Positions 37,803 to 48,611 of a stretch of 64,000 bases of DNA are shown piece by piece; positions within the stretch are counted from its first letter, which is position 1; the number at the start of each line of letters is the position of its first letter. Where the stretch lies: assembly GCA_026003835.1 (NCBI GenBank), contig BPHZ01000011.1, positions 3,743 to 67,742 of the forward strand, written 5' to 3'. The stretch comes from Herpetosiphonaceae bacterium. GTDB taxonomy: Bacteria; Chloroflexota; Chloroflexia; Chloroflexales; Herpetosiphonaceae. Position numbers and translations under genes: made by a program. The notes under the pieces are model-generated. The model had not been told where the DNA came from and did not search any database. It saw nothing but the letters and a program-made list of their open reading frames with translations.

Positions 37803-39815
37803 ATGTTCACGAAAATCCTGATTGCTAATCGCGGCGAGATCGCGCTACGCATTATGCGAGCCTGCAAAGAGCTGGGCATTGCGACTGTCGCCGTCTACTC
37901 CGAGGCCGATAGCGAGGCGCTTCACGTGCGCATGGCCGACGAAGCCTATCTGATCGGCCCTGCGCCGGCCGTAGAGAGCTACCTGAACATCCAGCGGATC
38001 ATCGAAGCGGCGCTCAAGAGTGGCGCCCAGGCCATCCACCCCGGCTATGGCTTTCTATCGGAAAACGCCTCCTTTGCCCGCGCCTGCGCCGAGGCGGGCA
38101 TTGTCTTCATCGGCCCGCCACCCGAGGCCATCGATCTGATGGGCTCGAAGATCGCCGCCAAGCAGCTGGCTGTCAAAGCCGGCGCCCCTGTTGTGCCTGG
38201 ATACCAGGGCCAGGACCAGGATCTCGAGCGGCTTCGCGCGGAAGCAGAGCGCATCGGCTTCCCACTGTTGATCAAGGCGAGCGCTGGCGGCGGCGGCAAG
38301 GGTATGCGTACGGTCCAGCATATGCAGGATTTTCAGGCAGCGCTGGAAGGTGCGAAACGGGAGGCACGCGCTGCCTTCGGGGATGATGCAGTCTTCCTTG
38401 AGCGGCTCATCCCCCGCGCGCGCCATGTCGAGATTCAGGTGCTCGCCGATGGGCACGGCAACTGCGTCCATCTGGGCGAGCGCGAGTGCTCAATCCAGCG
38501 CCGGCACCAGAAGATCGTCGAAGAGTCTCCCTCGGTTGCGTTAACGCCCGAGCTACGCGCGGAGATGGGCGCCGCCGCTGTGCGCGTTGCCCAGGCCGCC
38601 GGCTACCGCAACGCCGGCACTGTCGAGTTCCTTCTCGATGAACAGGGCCACTACTATTTCCTGGAGATGAATACCCGCCTTCAGGTTGAGCACCCTGTCA
38701 CCGAGCAAGTCACCGGCCTGGATCTGGTACATCTTCAGATCGCTATCGCCGCCGGCGAGCCACTGCCCTTCGCCCAGGAGCAGATCACTTTCCGCGGCCA
38801 TGCAATCGAAGTGCGGCTCTACGCTGAGGATCCGGCGACCTTCCTGCCGGCGACCGGGCAGGTGGCGCTTTTTGCGCCGCCGCAAGGACCCGGCATCCGC
38901 AATGACGCCGGGCTTACCAGCGGCGATCAGGTGACGGTCTACTACGACCCGATGCTCGCCAAGCTTATTGTCTCCGCCCCAACCCGCGCCGCGGCTATCG
39001 GCAGGCTGCGCCGCGCTCTCGACGAATTCACCGTTCTGGGTGTAACCACAAATCTACCGCTGCTGCGAGCGATCGCTGCTCACCCGGCCTTTGCCGCCGG
39101 CGAGACCTACACATCGTTCATCGCAGAGCATGGCCTCGCCGCGCCGCCAGGCACGCGGGAGGAGATCCTCCCACTGCCGGATGAAGTGCTGCTGCTTGTC
39201 GCCGGCCGGGATGTTGCGCAAAGAGCGAGAGACGGTGCATCCACGCTGGCGCTCTCCTCTATCGATCCCTGGGCGCTGGGCGCCTGGCGCGCCGGCGGCC
39301 AGGGGCTACGGCTGCGCTATCGCTATGGCGACGGCGAACGAGCGGTGACAGCGTCCTTGCTTGATAGTGAGATCTGGTCGATCAGGATCGGCGAACGGGA
39401 GCACCGGGTGCGCACTGCTGCCGTGCGCGGTAAGCTCGTTGTGCTGCGAGAGGATACCCGAACGCTGCGCGGCTTCGTGGTAGAGCGCGCTGCTGAGCTG
39501 TTGGTCGGCTACGGCGGCGAGAGCTACAAACTCAAGCGAGTTGGCGCGCTCAATATCGACGAGTGGGGAGCGAGTCAGGCTGCCTCCCACGGACACCAGG
39601 ACCTGCGTGCGCCGATGCCCGGCACGATCATCAAAGTCCTTGTCAAAGAGGGGCAGGAGGTCGCCGCCAATCAGCCGCTGCTGGTACTGGAAGCAATGAA
39701 AATGGAGCATACGATTGTGGCGCCCTATGCCGGCGTTGTAAGCCGCATCGCCTATAGCGAAGGAGCACTTGTTGCAGGCGATGCCGTGCTTGTGGAGCTG
39801 GACGAGCTGGCCTAG
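37803..39815 (+). CDS. methylcrotonyl-CoA carboxylase alpha subunit (biotin carboxylase + biotinyl carrier)
   Basis: [20 protein letters not shown], an ATP-grasp core, and a C-terminal biotinylation motif LEAMKMEH. Confidence 0.92.
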   Translation: MFTKILIANRGEIALRIMRACKELGIATVAVYSEADSEALHVRMADEAYLIGPAPAVESYLNIQRIIEAALKSGAQAIHPGYGFLSENASFARACAEAGIVFIGPPPEAIDLMGSKIAAKQLAVKAGAPVVPGYQGQDQDLERLRAEAERIGFPLLIKASAGGGGKGMRTVQHMQDFQAALEGAKREARAAFGDDAVFLERLIPRARHVEIQVLADGHGNCVHLGERECSIQRRHQKIVEESPSVALTPELRAEMGAAAVRVAQAAGYRNAGTVEFLLDEQGHYYFLEMNTRLQVEHPVTEQVTGLDLVHLQIAIAAGEPLPFAQEQITFRGHAIEVRLYAEDPATFLPATGQVALFAPPQGPGIRNDAGLTSGDQVTVYYDPMLAKLIVSAPTRAAAIGRLRRALDEFTVLGVTTNLPLLRAIAAHPAFAAGETYTSFIAEHGLAAPPGTREEILPLPDEVLLLVAGRDVAQRARDGASTLALSSIDPWALGAWRAGGQGLRLRYRYGDGERAVTASLLDSEIWSIRIGEREHRVRTAAVRGKLVVLREDTRTLRGFVVERAAELLVGYGGESYKLKRVGALNIDEWGASQAASHGHQDLRAPMPGTIIKVLVKEGQEVAANQPLLVLEAMKMEHTIVAPYAGVVSRIAYSEGALVAGDAVLVELDELA

Positions 39816-39833
39816 GGCGCTCAGCTCCGCCGC

Positions 39834-40928
39834 CTAGTGGTAGATAATGACCGGTGTACCAATGGGCGCCCAGCCATAGAGTAACGCAGCGGCGTGGAGC
39901 GGCAGGTTCACGCAGCCATGGCTGACGCGTCTGCCCGTCCCGAACTGGTTGTGCCAGTAGGTGCCATGGATCGCATAGCCGCCAGCACGGAAGTACATCG
40001 CATGCGGCACATCCGGCACATACCAGCTCTCGCCTCCTGCCGAGCCGCTCATCGTTTTGGATCGATATTTCGCGAAGATCTTGAAGTTGCCGGCGGGCGT
40101 CTCAAAGCCATCCTTACCCGTCGAGACAGGGGCATCGTAGACCATCTCGCTCCCCTCGAAGGCATACAGCCACTGGCGGGAAAGATCGATCTCGATACGT
40201 TTTGCGCCCCCGCCAGGGCGCCCAAGCAACAGCAGCGCATCAGTACCGATGTTGCCCCGCTCGACCTGCCATCCAGGCGGGTTCAATGGGTCGTAGGTCA
40301 AAACGGTTCGCTCAAATGCCTGGAGCATAATGCTGCGGCGCTCCCCATGTTTGACCGTCTCCGCGTTAAGCACGCCGGTCATCGGCAACCCAATATCGTG
40401 GAGCCACCCTCCAGGGAAGAGATCGCTGCGATTCATATATTCCCAAAAGTAGGATGGCACAACATAGCCAGGCGCGCTGCCAAGCTGGGGATGGTAGGGC
40501 ACAAATGTGCCGCCCTCTACCGCTATTGTCCCACCGCTGAACTCGGGCGGCGGATCCTGTTTGAGTGTTGAAAGGTAGCTGAGATCCCCATAGGTAAAGG
40601 TTGTATTATTGACTACACCCCATGGCGCCTGTTGCATCAACTCCGCCGTCAAACGACCGTACATCAGCGCCCAACGCGGATCAGCAACCTCTGCGCTGTG
40701 ATCCTCGATCCGTCCTTTCTCGAAGTATTGAACTGCCCTATCGCCTGCGATGACGACGCCGGTTTGCGCATAGCCCAAAACTCGCATGCCCTGGTGCTGT
40801 TGGTAATAACGGCGGAATTGCGGTCCAACATAGTTATCTCCCAGCGCCGACGCGCTGCCGCTGGGCAACAACGCCACAAGCAGAGCGGCGATAACGAAAA
40901 AAGGCAAGAACGATCGCCAGTACACCAT
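39834..40928 (-). CDS. L,D-transpeptidase (YkuD) domain protein
   Basis: N-terminal signal/anchor. The C-terminal YkuD domain carries the catalytic HGTYWHNQFGTGRRVSHGCVNL. Confidence 0.85.
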   Translation of the reverse strand: MVYWRSFLPFFVIAALLVALLPSGSASALGDNYVGPQFRRYYQQHQGMRVLGYAQTGVVIAGDRAVQYFEKGRIEDHSAEVADPRWALMYGRLTAELMQQAPWGVVNNTTFTYGDLSYLSTLKQDPPPEFSGGTIAVEGGTFVPYHPQLGSAPGYVVPSYFWEYMNRSDLFPGGWLHDIGLPMTGVLNAETVKHGERRSIMLQAFERTVLTYDPLNPPGWQVERGNIGTDALLLLGRPGGGAKRIEIDLSRQWLYAFEGSEMVYDAPVSTGKDGFETPAGNFKIFAKYRSKTMSGSAGGESWYVPDVPHAMYFRAGGYAIHGTYWHNQFGTGRRVSHGCVNLPLHAAALLYGWAPIGTPVIIYH

Positions 40929-41144
40929 ATCTCCCTCCTCCAGGCTCTCTATACAATTTTCCCTCTATATAAGCTCTCTAATGAAATGATCTTGCACCAG
41001 TTGTGCCATCAACTGTTTCAAAGCACACATTCCCTGGGTTATGCCACCTCTCGGCACACTTTCTGCTGGATTCATGAGCGAGGGCAATAATCGTGCGGAA
41101 AAGAGCGCTTCCCTGTTCACTCTCTTTGCCTGCTCTCAAGCGGA

Positions 41145-41230
41145 CTAGTAATCCATCACCATCCAGGTGATGGAGGTTTGCAGGGGCGAGCCCCTCCGGC
41201 GCCCTCCTCCACAGCAGGATTGATCACTAG
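41145..41230 (+). mobile_element. CTAG-bounded dispersed repeat (MITE-like), copy C4
   Basis: CTAG at 41145-41148 and 41227-41230 flanks a 78-nt interior starting TAATCC and ending GGATTGATCA. It has the hairpin AGGGGCGAGCCCCT, as in copy C3, and ends 18 nt before ATG 41249. Confidence 0.5.
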
Positions 41231-41248
41231 ATGCAGGAGGACAGAACT

Positions 41249-41647
41249 ATGACAAATCCTATTTCGCTGGGACCAGTTCACCATCTGAGTCTGACCGTCA
41301 GTGATCCTGCACGCTCGCGAGAGTTTTATACCACTATCCTTGGCTTCCAAGTCATCGCCGAGCTTGGACCGCGGCTACTCCTCAGCAATGGCAATGTTCT
41401 CCTGGGCATCGGGCCAGGACCTGAGCGACAGTATTCCAACGACCGCTTTGATGAAAATCGGGTTGGGCTCGACCACCTCAGCTTTTCTGTCAACAGTAGA
41501 ACCGAGCTGGAAAACGCCGCGCAGTTGCTCGAAGATAGAGGGATTCCTCACGGCGACATCAGGGATCTTAGCGCGTTGGGGATTTCCGTCATGTCATTCC
41601 GCGACCCAGACAACATTCAGCTGGAGCTGACCGCACCGCTCGGCTAG
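41249..41647 (+). CDS. VOC-family (glyoxalase/bleomycin-resistance/dioxygenase) protein
   Basis: AGGAGG 7 nt upstream of ATG 41249. VHHLSLTVSDPARSREFYTTILGF and GLDHLSF are typical VOC beta-alpha-beta modules. Confidence 0.8.
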   Translation: MTNPISLGPVHHLSLTVSDPARSREFYTTILGFQVIAELGPRLLLSNGNVLLGIGPGPERQYSNDRFDENRVGLDHLSFSVNSRTELENAAQLLEDRGIPHGDIRDLSALGISVMSFRDPDNIQLELTAPLG

Positions 41648-41672
41648 CCCATGAGCGGCGGATTTAAAAGCA

Positions 41673-41699
41673 ATCGCGGAGCTGAAGCAGCTCCGCGAT
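41673..41699. terminator. bidirectional terminator-like hairpin between convergent genes
   Basis: ATCGCGGAGCTG (41673-41684), loop aag, CAGCTCCGCGAT (41688-41699): a 12-bp perfect stem. Confidence 0.6.
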
Positions 41700-41737
41700 C
41701 ACCTTCAAAGCATCCTATCGGCAGCCTATCGCTGAGG

Positions 41738-42178
41738 CTATGAACCGATAATCACAACGAATCTCGCCTGTCCCTGCACTGGGTAGGACTCCAGCACAGG
41801 CCCGGAGAACCAGACGCGCACCTGTTGGCCTGTAGCTAAGTCACCGAACGTTGCCGGGCGTAGATCTGCGCCCTTCTGCTTTACGATCCGGGTGCCGGTG
41901 GTGATCGCCACCGACGCCTTCGCCGAGCCGGCTGTATCGGCAGGGTTCTCCTCGACCAGAATATGACCAATCGTGTTCTGCGCTCCACCGATCGCCGGGT
42001 TGATGCGCGTGACTATGCCAGCGATCCCCGGCTGCTCGTTTGGCAGATTGCCCCCTGCATCCACCGGGGGAGTATTTGTGTTCTCATTCCCACGCATCGA
42101 GCAGCCGCCGGACAGAAGCGCAAGAAGCAGGATACCCAGCGCCAGACCAAGCTGTGTCCCCTTATGCATCAATCGCAT
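41738..42178 (-). CDS. small lipoprotein (DUF3221/YobA-like)
   Basis: Lipobox LSGGC. The mature domain is GIVTRI...ILVEENP...TGTRIV...FGDLATGQQVRVWFSGPVLESYPVQGQA. Confidence 0.6.
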   Translation of the reverse strand: MRLMHKGTQLGLALGILLLALLSGGCSMRGNENTNTPPVDAGGNLPNEQPGIAGIVTRINPAIGGAQNTIGHILVEENPADTAGSAKASVAITTGTRIVKQKGADLRPATFGDLATGQQVRVWFSGPVLESYPVQGQARFVVIIGS

Positions 42179-42292
42179 TAAGCCCTCCCATCATCTATAC
42201 ACCTTGCGATCCGACGAGTAGACAGACGCGGGGGATGGATAGTTCCAGGTCATAGTTCATCTGCGACAAAATGCAATTTCCGGTAAGAAGGG

Positions 42293-42321
42293 TTGACTTG
42301 CTAAGCCCGCTGTGGTATTTC
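42293..42321 (+). promoter_or_regulatory. sigma-70-type promoter (extended -10) of the LuxR-STAND gene
   Basis: TTGACT (42293-42298), 17-nt spacer, TGgTATTTC (42313-42321). Confidence 0.45.
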
Positions 42322-42373
42322 CCTTGGTAGAAATTACAAAACGACAGGAACGATCGGCATCGATAGGGATCAG

Positions 42374-45300
42374 ATGATACCTTTTCACAAACCGATCTTA
42401 TCGCCCGTCCTCATCGGCCGCGCTGCCTACCTCGAATCGCTTGAGCATGTGCTTGGTCGCGTGTCGAGCGGTAAAGGCGAGACTGTCTTGATCACCGGCG
42501 AGGCGGGCATTGGGAAATCGCGATTGGTGGCCGAGGTACGAGCACGTGCGGAGCGCCTGGGCTTCCTCAGCCTGGTCGGCGCATGCTTCGAGCCCGATCG
42601 GACACTCCCCTACGCCCCACTGATCGACCTGCTGCGCACGCGCTTCGCTGGACGACCTGCAGAGAAGCTGGCACAGGAACTGGGCTCCGCTGCCTCCGAG
42701 CTTGTCAAACTCCTTCCCGAGCTGGGGACCCTGCTGCCTGACCTTGCATCCATGGCGCCGCTCGCTCCTGAACAAGAGAAACATCGTCTGTTCCAGACGC
42801 TCACCCAATTCTTCGCTGGGTTCGCCGCGACCCAGCCGGTGCTCGTAATTATCGAGGATCTGCAGTGGAGTGACGACACAAGCCTTGAGTTTCTGTTCCA
42901 CCTGGCGCGCCGCAGCGGCTCGCAACCCTTTCTGCTCCTGCTTACGTATCGCAGCGACGAGGTACAGCGAACCCTGGGCCATATCCTGGCCGAGCTAAAT
43001 CGCGGACGACTGGCCACAGAGTTCGTGCTGACGCCCCTCAGCGCCGACGAGGTAGATGTCATGCTGCGGGCGATCTTCGATCTGGATCGCCCGGGCCGGC
43101 GAGAGTTCCGGGACGCACTCTATGCGTTGACAGAGGGCAATCCCTTTTTCATCGAGGAGGTGCTGAAGTCGCTTGTCTCAGAGGGAGACATCTTTGAAAT
43201 GGGCGGCAGATGGGATCGCAGGCCGGTAAGCGAGCTACGCATCCCGCCGACGGTTGAGGACGCAGTGCAGCGGCGCGTCGAGCGGCTGAGCGAAGCAGCC
43301 CGTGAGACCCTGGTGCTGGCGGCAGTTGCCGGACGGCGCTTCGCCTTCGCACTGCTACAGGAGTTGACCAACCAGGATGAACGTGAGCTTCTACGCCAGA
43401 TCAAGGAGTTGACCGCCGCGCAGCTCATCGTCGAAGAATCGGTTGATCAGTTCGCCTTCCGGCACGCGCTCACCCGCCAGGCGGTGTATGCCGGGCTGCT
43501 GGCGCGCGAGCGGCAGGCACTGCACTACCAGGTCGCGCAGGTGCTGGAGCACGCCGGCACTGGACACCTTGATGCGCGCCTGGGCGAACTGGCCTACCAC
43601 TATCATGAAGCGGGCGTATGGACAAAGACCCTAGAGTATGCTCAACGCGCTGGAGAGCGGGCTCAACACTTCTACGCGCTCCGAGAGGCTGTCGAGCAGT
43701 TCAGCCGGGCGCTAGAGGCTGCGGGCCACCTGGGGATCACCCCGCCCGTGAAGCTCTATCGCAATCGCGGGTTGGTGTATGAGATGCTCGGCGATTTCGA
43801 ACGAGCGCTGGCAGACCAGGAAAGCGTGCTCGCTGTGGCCCACAATGCCGGCGATCGCCGGGCGGAATGGCAGGCGCTGCTGGACATGGGCTTCCTTTGG
43901 ACATCATCTGACTATACCCAGACGGGCGATTATTTCCACCGCGCGCTGGATCTCGCTCGCAGGATCGACGAGCCATCCCTCCTGGCCCAAAGTCTGAATC
44001 GCATAGGCAATTGGTGGATGAATCTCGACCAGCCGCGCAATGCGCTACGCTGCCACCGGGAGGCGCTGTCCATCTTCCAAGATCTGGACGACCAGCCTGG
44101 CCTTGCGGAGACGCTGGATCTCCTGGGAATGGCGAGCTATGGCGATGGCGACCTTATACAGAGCGCGGCTTTTTACGAACAAGCAACTGCGCTTTTCCAG
44201 GAGCTGGACGACCGCCGGGGCTTATCCTCTAGTCTGATGCAGCTGGCGGTATATGGCGGGAGCTACGAGAGCGAGGCCTCGGTCGCCGCAACAGGCCCGG
44301 TCGATTTTACGCGCTATGGCGAGGAGAGTCTGCAGATAGCGCGGGAAATCGGCTGGCGTGCCGGCGAGGCATACGCGGCGATGAATCTGGCTGTCCGCCT
44401 GGGGAGGCAGGGGAACTATGCACGTGCTCTACCACTGGCTCAGGAGGCCCTGGCGATAGCAGAGGAGATCGGGCATCGCCAATGGCGCACAGGCGCACAC
44501 TGTGCCCTGGGCCGGATCTACTGCGATCTGCTTCAGCCGGCCCTCGCGCGGCAGCACCTTGAGCAAGCGCTGGCCCTGGCCGGCAAAAGCAGCTCGATGG
44601 TGTGGTCGCACGTAGCGGCGGCATATCTCGCCATGGCGTGCCTCTTACAGCAGGATCTCACCGCGGCAGTGGCGCTCCTATCGCCAGATCTGCCAGGGAG
44701 GACCCTGATGCAACGCCTGGCCGTCTGCGCCCAGGCCGAACTCGCGCTCGCCCGCGGCGACGGAGTCGAAGCCCTCCGCATCGTCGACGCCTTACTCGCC
44801 TCGGCCCCGAACCTCTCAGCCGGGCGCACAATCCCCCGTTTGGCGCAGCTGCGCGGCGACATACTCGCGGCGCTAGGCCGACCAGCGGAAGCCGAGGAAG
44901 CACTCCAGGCCGCGCGGGCGAGCGCGCACGATCAAGGAGCACGGCCACTGCTCTGGCGCATCGGCGTGTCGCTGGGCAATCTCTACCGAAGCCAGGGGCG
45001 TCGCGACGAGGCAGGGCGCGCGTTCGCCGAGGCTCGGGCGATCGCCGAGGAACTGGCTACGAACATCCCGGAGGATAATCTGCGAGATGGCTTTCTGCGT
45101 GAGGCCGTCCGGCTTATCCCCGCGCCTACCCCGCGCCAGGCGGCCAAGCATGAGTTCGGAGGGCTGACCGCGCGCGAGTGCGAGGTGGCTGGACTCCTCG
45201 CCGAGGGCAAATCCAACCGCGAGATCGCGGACGCCCTCACCGTCAGCGAGCACACTGTCGCGACGCATGTGAGCAATATCCTACGCAAGCTCGGCTGCTC

Positions 45301-45376
45301 CTCGCGTGCTCAGATCGCAACCTGGGCGCTGGAGAGAGGGCTGACCACCCGGCGTGATCGGCAGCGGAGCCGCTAG
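42374..45376 (+). CDS. LuxR-family transcriptional regulator with N-terminal AAA/STAND ATPase and central TPR-like repeats (LAL/MalT-like)
   Basis: 1000 aa with Walker [13 protein letters not shown], Walker [13 protein letters not shown], long TPR-like helical repeats, and a C-terminal Lux[48 protein letters not shown]. Confidence 0.9.
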   Translation: MIPFHKPILSPVLIGRAAYLESLEHVLGRVSSGKGETVLITGEAGIGKSRLVAEVRARAERLGFLSLVGACFEPDRTLPYAPLIDLLRTRFAGRPAEKLAQELGSAASELVKLLPELGTLLPDLASMAPLAPEQEKHRLFQTLTQFFAGFAATQPVLVIIEDLQWSDDTSLEFLFHLARRSGSQPFLLLLTYRSDEVQRTLGHILAELNRGRLATEFVLTPLSADEVDVMLRAIFDLDRPGRREFRDALYALTEGNPFFIEEVLKSLVSEGDIFEMGGRWDRRPVSELRIPPTVEDAVQRRVERLSEAARETLVLAAVAGRRFAFALLQELTNQDERELLRQIKELTAAQLIVEESVDQFAFRHALTRQAVYAGLLARERQALHYQVAQVLEHAGTGHLDARLGELAYHYHEAGVWTKTLEYAQRAGERAQHFYALREAVEQFSRALEAAGHLGITPPVKLYRNRGLVYEMLGDFERALADQESVLAVAHNAGDRRAEWQALLDMGFLWTSSDYTQTGDYFHRALDLARRIDEPSLLAQSLNRIGNWWMNLDQPRNALRCHREALSIFQDLDDQPGLAETLDLLGMASYGDGDLIQSAAFYEQATALFQELDDRRGLSSSLMQLAVYGGSYESEASVAATGPVDFTRYGEESLQIAREIGWRAGEAYAAMNLAVRLGRQGNYARALPLAQEALAIAEEIGHRQWRTGAHCALGRIYCDLLQPALARQHLEQALALAGKSSSMVWSHVAAAYLAMACLLQQDLTAAVALLSPDLPGRTLMQRLAVCAQAELALARGDGVEALRIVDALLASAPNLSAGRTIPRLAQLRGDILAALGRPAEAEEALQAARASAHDQGARPLLWRIGVSLGNLYRSQGRRDEAGRAFAEARAIAEELATNIPEDNLRDGFLREAVRLIPAPTPRQAAKHEFGGLTARECEVAGLLAEGKSNREIADALTVSEHTVATHVSNILRKLGCSSRAQIATWALERGLTTRRDRQRSR

Positions 45377-45480
45377 CGTTGTCGTTCCAGTCCAGGCGAA
45401 CTCCCCATCAGTATCTCTTCCGGTAACCCGGCATACCTTACCGCTCCATAAAATTTCATTATCCCCCCACCCAAATCTAG
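45373..45480 (+). repeat. degenerate relative of the CTAG-bounded repeat (copy C5)
   Basis: CTAG at 45373-45376 (contains the LuxR stop TAG) and at 45477-45480. The interior begins GTCGTTCCAGTCCAGGCGAACTCCCCATCA, which resembles the C1 segment GTCGTAGTCCATCCGAACCTCCCCATGA. The 3' half is unrelated. Confidence 0.3.
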
Positions 45481-45620
45481 TGATTTCTTGCGATGCCGGA
45501 AACGGCTCAATGTCATATAGTGTTCGCAAGAACGCTCGCTTCGCCAGATAGAGCGAAGGCTTGGCTATGCCAGGCGACTGGCGGCGAAAGCAGCATGCGA
45601 TACGAAAGGAGATTCAGATC

Positions 45621-46433
45621 GTGAGTACCAGTGAGCGCGCGCAAGTGGCACGTTCCCCCGCCGAAGTCTATGACGAACTGTTTGTCCCGGCGCTCTTCCA
45701 GCAGTGGGGGGATGTGGTCGCAGACATAGCCGGGATTGGGCCGGGGCAACGTGTGCTTGATGTGGCCTGTGGCACAGGCGCGCTGACTTGCGCCGTGGCC
45801 AAACGTGTCGGGCGCGATGGATATGTCGTTGGCCTCGATCTCAATGCAGAGATGCTCAGCGTGGCCCGGCGTAAAAGCACAACCATCGAGTGGCGGGATG
45901 CACGGGCCGAGTCGTTGCCATTCCCCGACGAACATTTCGATATGGTAGTTAGTCAGTTTGGCCTGATGTTTTTTGAGGATCGAATTGCGGCCCTGCGAGA
46001 AATGCTGCGCGTGCTGCGGCCAGGTGGGCGCCTGGCTGTGGCGGTGTGCGATGCCCTTGACCATTCCCCTGGCTACGCTGTACTGGCTGAGCTACTGCAT
46101 CGGCTCTTCGGGGCGCAGGTGGCAGATGCATTCCGTGCCCCCTTCGTGCTGGGCGATCGGGAACAGCTCCTTGCTCTATGCACCGAGGCGGGTATCGCCG
46201 ATGCACAAGTGATGCGGAAGGATGGAACGGTCCGTTTCGCGTCGATCAAGTCGCTGGTTTCCACCGAAAGAGCGTGCGTGTGGACTCTTGGCGGCTTGCT
46301 CGATGATGCACAGTTCGATCGTCTTCTCAAGGAGGCGGAGGAGTCGCTCCGCCCATTTGTAACGACTGACGGTACAGTTGCTTTTGTAATGCCGGCTCTC
46401 ATTATTACAGCGATCAAAGACGGACGGCATTAA
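45621..46433 (+). CDS. class I SAM-dependent methyltransferase
   Basis: GTG 45621 follows AAGGAG. Motif I VLDVACGTGALT and post-I DLNAEML are present. The ORF-track start is 45561. Confidence 0.8.
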   Translation: MSTSERAQVARSPAEVYDELFVPALFQQWGDVVADIAGIGPGQRVLDVACGTGALTCAVAKRVGRDGYVVGLDLNAEMLSVARRKSTTIEWRDARAESLPFPDEHFDMVVSQFGLMFFEDRIAALREMLRVLRPGGRLAVAVCDALDHSPGYAVLAELLHRLFGAQVADAFRAPFVLGDREQLLALCTEAGIADAQVMRKDGTVRFASIKSLVSTERACVWTLGGLLDDAQFDRLLKEAEESLRPFVTTDGTVAFVMPALIITAIKDGRH

Positions 46434-46527
46434 TCAAGGCGGTTGAGGAAGCGATCAAGGGCGTCGAGGTTGATCTGAGGCGCAAGGCAGGAATCTGATA
46501 CCGGGCATAAATCTCAACACAGGGAGA

Positions 46528-47349
46528 TTGGAGCACTTGACCGCTCAGGATATAGCCGAGATGGTGGAGTTCGTCGAGGGCCACGCGATCGCGGAGATGG
46601 CCCAGGCTATGGCCCCGGAAGTGGCGGCACGCTACGATGTCCATCTGCAATGGATCGGCTCGGCAGTTGCCCTGGCGCTGCGGCGGGTGGACGTGCCAAT
46701 GTTCAACCGCGTGGTCGGCCTGGGGCTCAGGGAGCCAGTCACGAATGCCATCCTGGATGCGGTCGTCGATCTATACCATGGTGCGAGGGTACGCTACCTG
46801 GTGCAGATCAGCCCCGTCGCGCTCTCCTCTGATCTGCATGCGCAGCTGGAGGCGCGCGGCCTGTCGCGCGAGGACAACTGGGTGCAGCTTATCCGTGGAC
46901 CAGAGCCGCCGCCCGCGATCCGGACCGGCCTCCGCATTGAGCGCATTGACGCAGATGCTGCCGAATCGCTCGCAGCGATCCTCTGCATCGGATTTGAGCT
47001 GCCGCGCGAGTACGCTGTCTTCTTTACAGGGCTGGTGGGCCGGCCTCGCTGGCGCCACTACCTTGCATACGATGGTGAGATGCCCATAGCGGCTGGAGTG
47101 CTCTATGTCCAGGATCATGTGGGCTACCTGGCAAGTGCTGCCACGCTGCCCTCACATCGCCGCCGAGGCGCCCAGGGAGCGCTCATGGCGCAGCGCATCC
47201 GCGACGCCATGGATCTCGGCTGCCGCTATCTGGTCACCGAGACAGTCGAGGAGACAACTACGTATTCCAATCCCTCTTACCACAACATGCTTCGTACCGG
47301 ATTTCGCCTCGCGTACCCGCGCCCAAACTACATCTATTTTCCTGCGTGA
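46528..47349 (+). CDS. GNAT-family N-acetyltransferase
   Basis: 273 aa. The acetyl-CoA-binding segment YLASAATLPSHRRRGAQGALMAQRI has the R/Q-x-x-G-x-G/A motif. Confidence 0.7.
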   Translation: MEHLTAQDIAEMVEFVEGHAIAEMAQAMAPEVAARYDVHLQWIGSAVALALRRVDVPMFNRVVGLGLREPVTNAILDAVVDLYHGARVRYLVQISPVALSSDLHAQLEARGLSREDNWVQLIRGPEPPPAIRTGLRIERIDADAAESLAAILCIGFELPREYAVFFTGLVGRPRWRHYLAYDGEMPIAAGVLYVQDHVGYLASAATLPSHRRRGAQGALMAQRIRDAMDLGCRYLVTETVEETTTYSNPSYHNMLRTGFRLAYPRPNYIYFPA

Positions 47350-47404
47350 TGGCCGCTGAGGCGAGTCGCGGCGTTTGAAAAAGTTGTAATAGAGGAGTGA
47401 TGCT

Positions 47405-48496
47405 ATGTCTTCGATCAGTACACAGACCGAGTTCGATTCCGCGAAAGCCCAAGCCTTTGCCGACCAACTTCTGACAGTCATCAACTATGGCTCCCTGGCT
47501 TTGATGATCTCCATCGGCCACCGTACAGGTTTGTTCGACACCATGCACGGGCTCCCGCCTGCCACCGCAAAGGAGATTGCGCAGAAGGCCGGGTTGAACG
47601 AACGTTATGTGCGTGAGTGGTTGGGCGCGATGGTCACAGCAGGGGTGGTTGATGTCGATCCGTCGAGCACCTACTATCGATTGCCGGCAGAACACGCCGC
47701 CTTCCTGACCCGCGCGGCAGCCGCCGATAACATTGCCGTCTTTACCCAGTATGTCGCCGTACTGGGAGCTGTGGAAGATGAGATCGTCGAATGCTTCAAG
47801 CATGGCGGCGGCGTCCCATACGATAAGTTTCCTCGCTTCCATGCCGTCATGGCGGAAGATAGCGGGCAATCCGTGCTATCATCGCTCGAATCGCACGTCC
47901 TTCCGCTTGTGCCGGGGTTGACCGACCGGCTCGCTCAGGGCATTCGCGTGCTGGATGTCGGGTGCGGCAGTGGCCGGATCCTCAACCGGCTGGCCGAACT
48001 GTATCCGAACAGCCAGTTTACCGGGATAGACCTCTCACCGGATGCCATCGGGGCGGCGCGCAGCGAGGCGGCGCACAAGGGCCTGCGGAATGTCGAGTTT
48101 ATCGTCCGTGATGCGAGCGATTTCGACGCAACCGCTGAGCCGGAGGCCTTTGATCTGATTACGACGTTCGATGCTATCCACGATCAGGCCAAACCGCTCA
48201 ATGTGCTGAAGGGCATCTACCGCGCGCTCAAACCCGATGGGGTGTATCTGATGCAGGATATCCGAGGCTCAAGCCATGTCTACAACGACATCGGGCATCC
48301 ACTTGGCCCATTCCTGTACACAATCTCGACCATGCATTGCATGACCGTATCGCTGGCGCAGGGCGGCGAAGGGCTAGGCGCGATGTGGGGCGAGGAAAAG
48401 ACGCGCGAATACCTGCAAAACGCCGGGTTCCGCTCGATTGAAACCAGGCAACTCGCCCACGACTTTCAGAACAACTGGTATATCATCAGGAAGTGA
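47405..48496 (+). CDS. class I SAM-dependent methyltransferase with N-terminal winged-helix-like dimerisation domain
   Basis: GAGGAG RBS. The N-terminal ~100 aa resemble O-methyltransferase dimerisation/wHTH domains. Motif I VLDVGCGSGRIL. Confidence 0.75.
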   Translation: MSSISTQTEFDSAKAQAFADQLLTVINYGSLALMISIGHRTGLFDTMHGLPPATAKEIAQKAGLNERYVREWLGAMVTAGVVDVDPSSTYYRLPAEHAAFLTRAAAADNIAVFTQYVAVLGAVEDEIVECFKHGGGVPYDKFPRFHAVMAEDSGQSVLSSLESHVLPLVPGLTDRLAQGIRVLDVGCGSGRILNRLAELYPNSQFTGIDLSPDAIGAARSEAAHKGLRNVEFIVRDASDFDATAEPEAFDLITTFDAIHDQAKPLNVLKGIYRALKPDGVYLMQDIRGSSHVYNDIGHPLGPFLYTISTMHCMTVSLAQGGEGLGAMWGEEKTREYLQNAGFRSIETRQLAHDFQNNWYIIRK

Positions 48497-48556
48497 AATT
48501 CGTTTCAGGGGATTTCAGCTTGACGTACCATTTTTCCTTCTGATGCAATCACCCAA

Positions 48557-48601
48557 CATACTGCGCCGGGGTAACGATGATCCCTGCCCCGGCGCAGTAT
48601 G
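48557..48601. terminator. bidirectional terminator-like hairpin between convergent genes
   Basis: CATACTGCGCCGGGG (48557-48571), 15-nt loop, CCCCGGCGCAGTATG (48587-48601): a 15-bp perfect stem. Confidence 0.6.
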
Positions 48602-48611
48602 AACGCAAACG

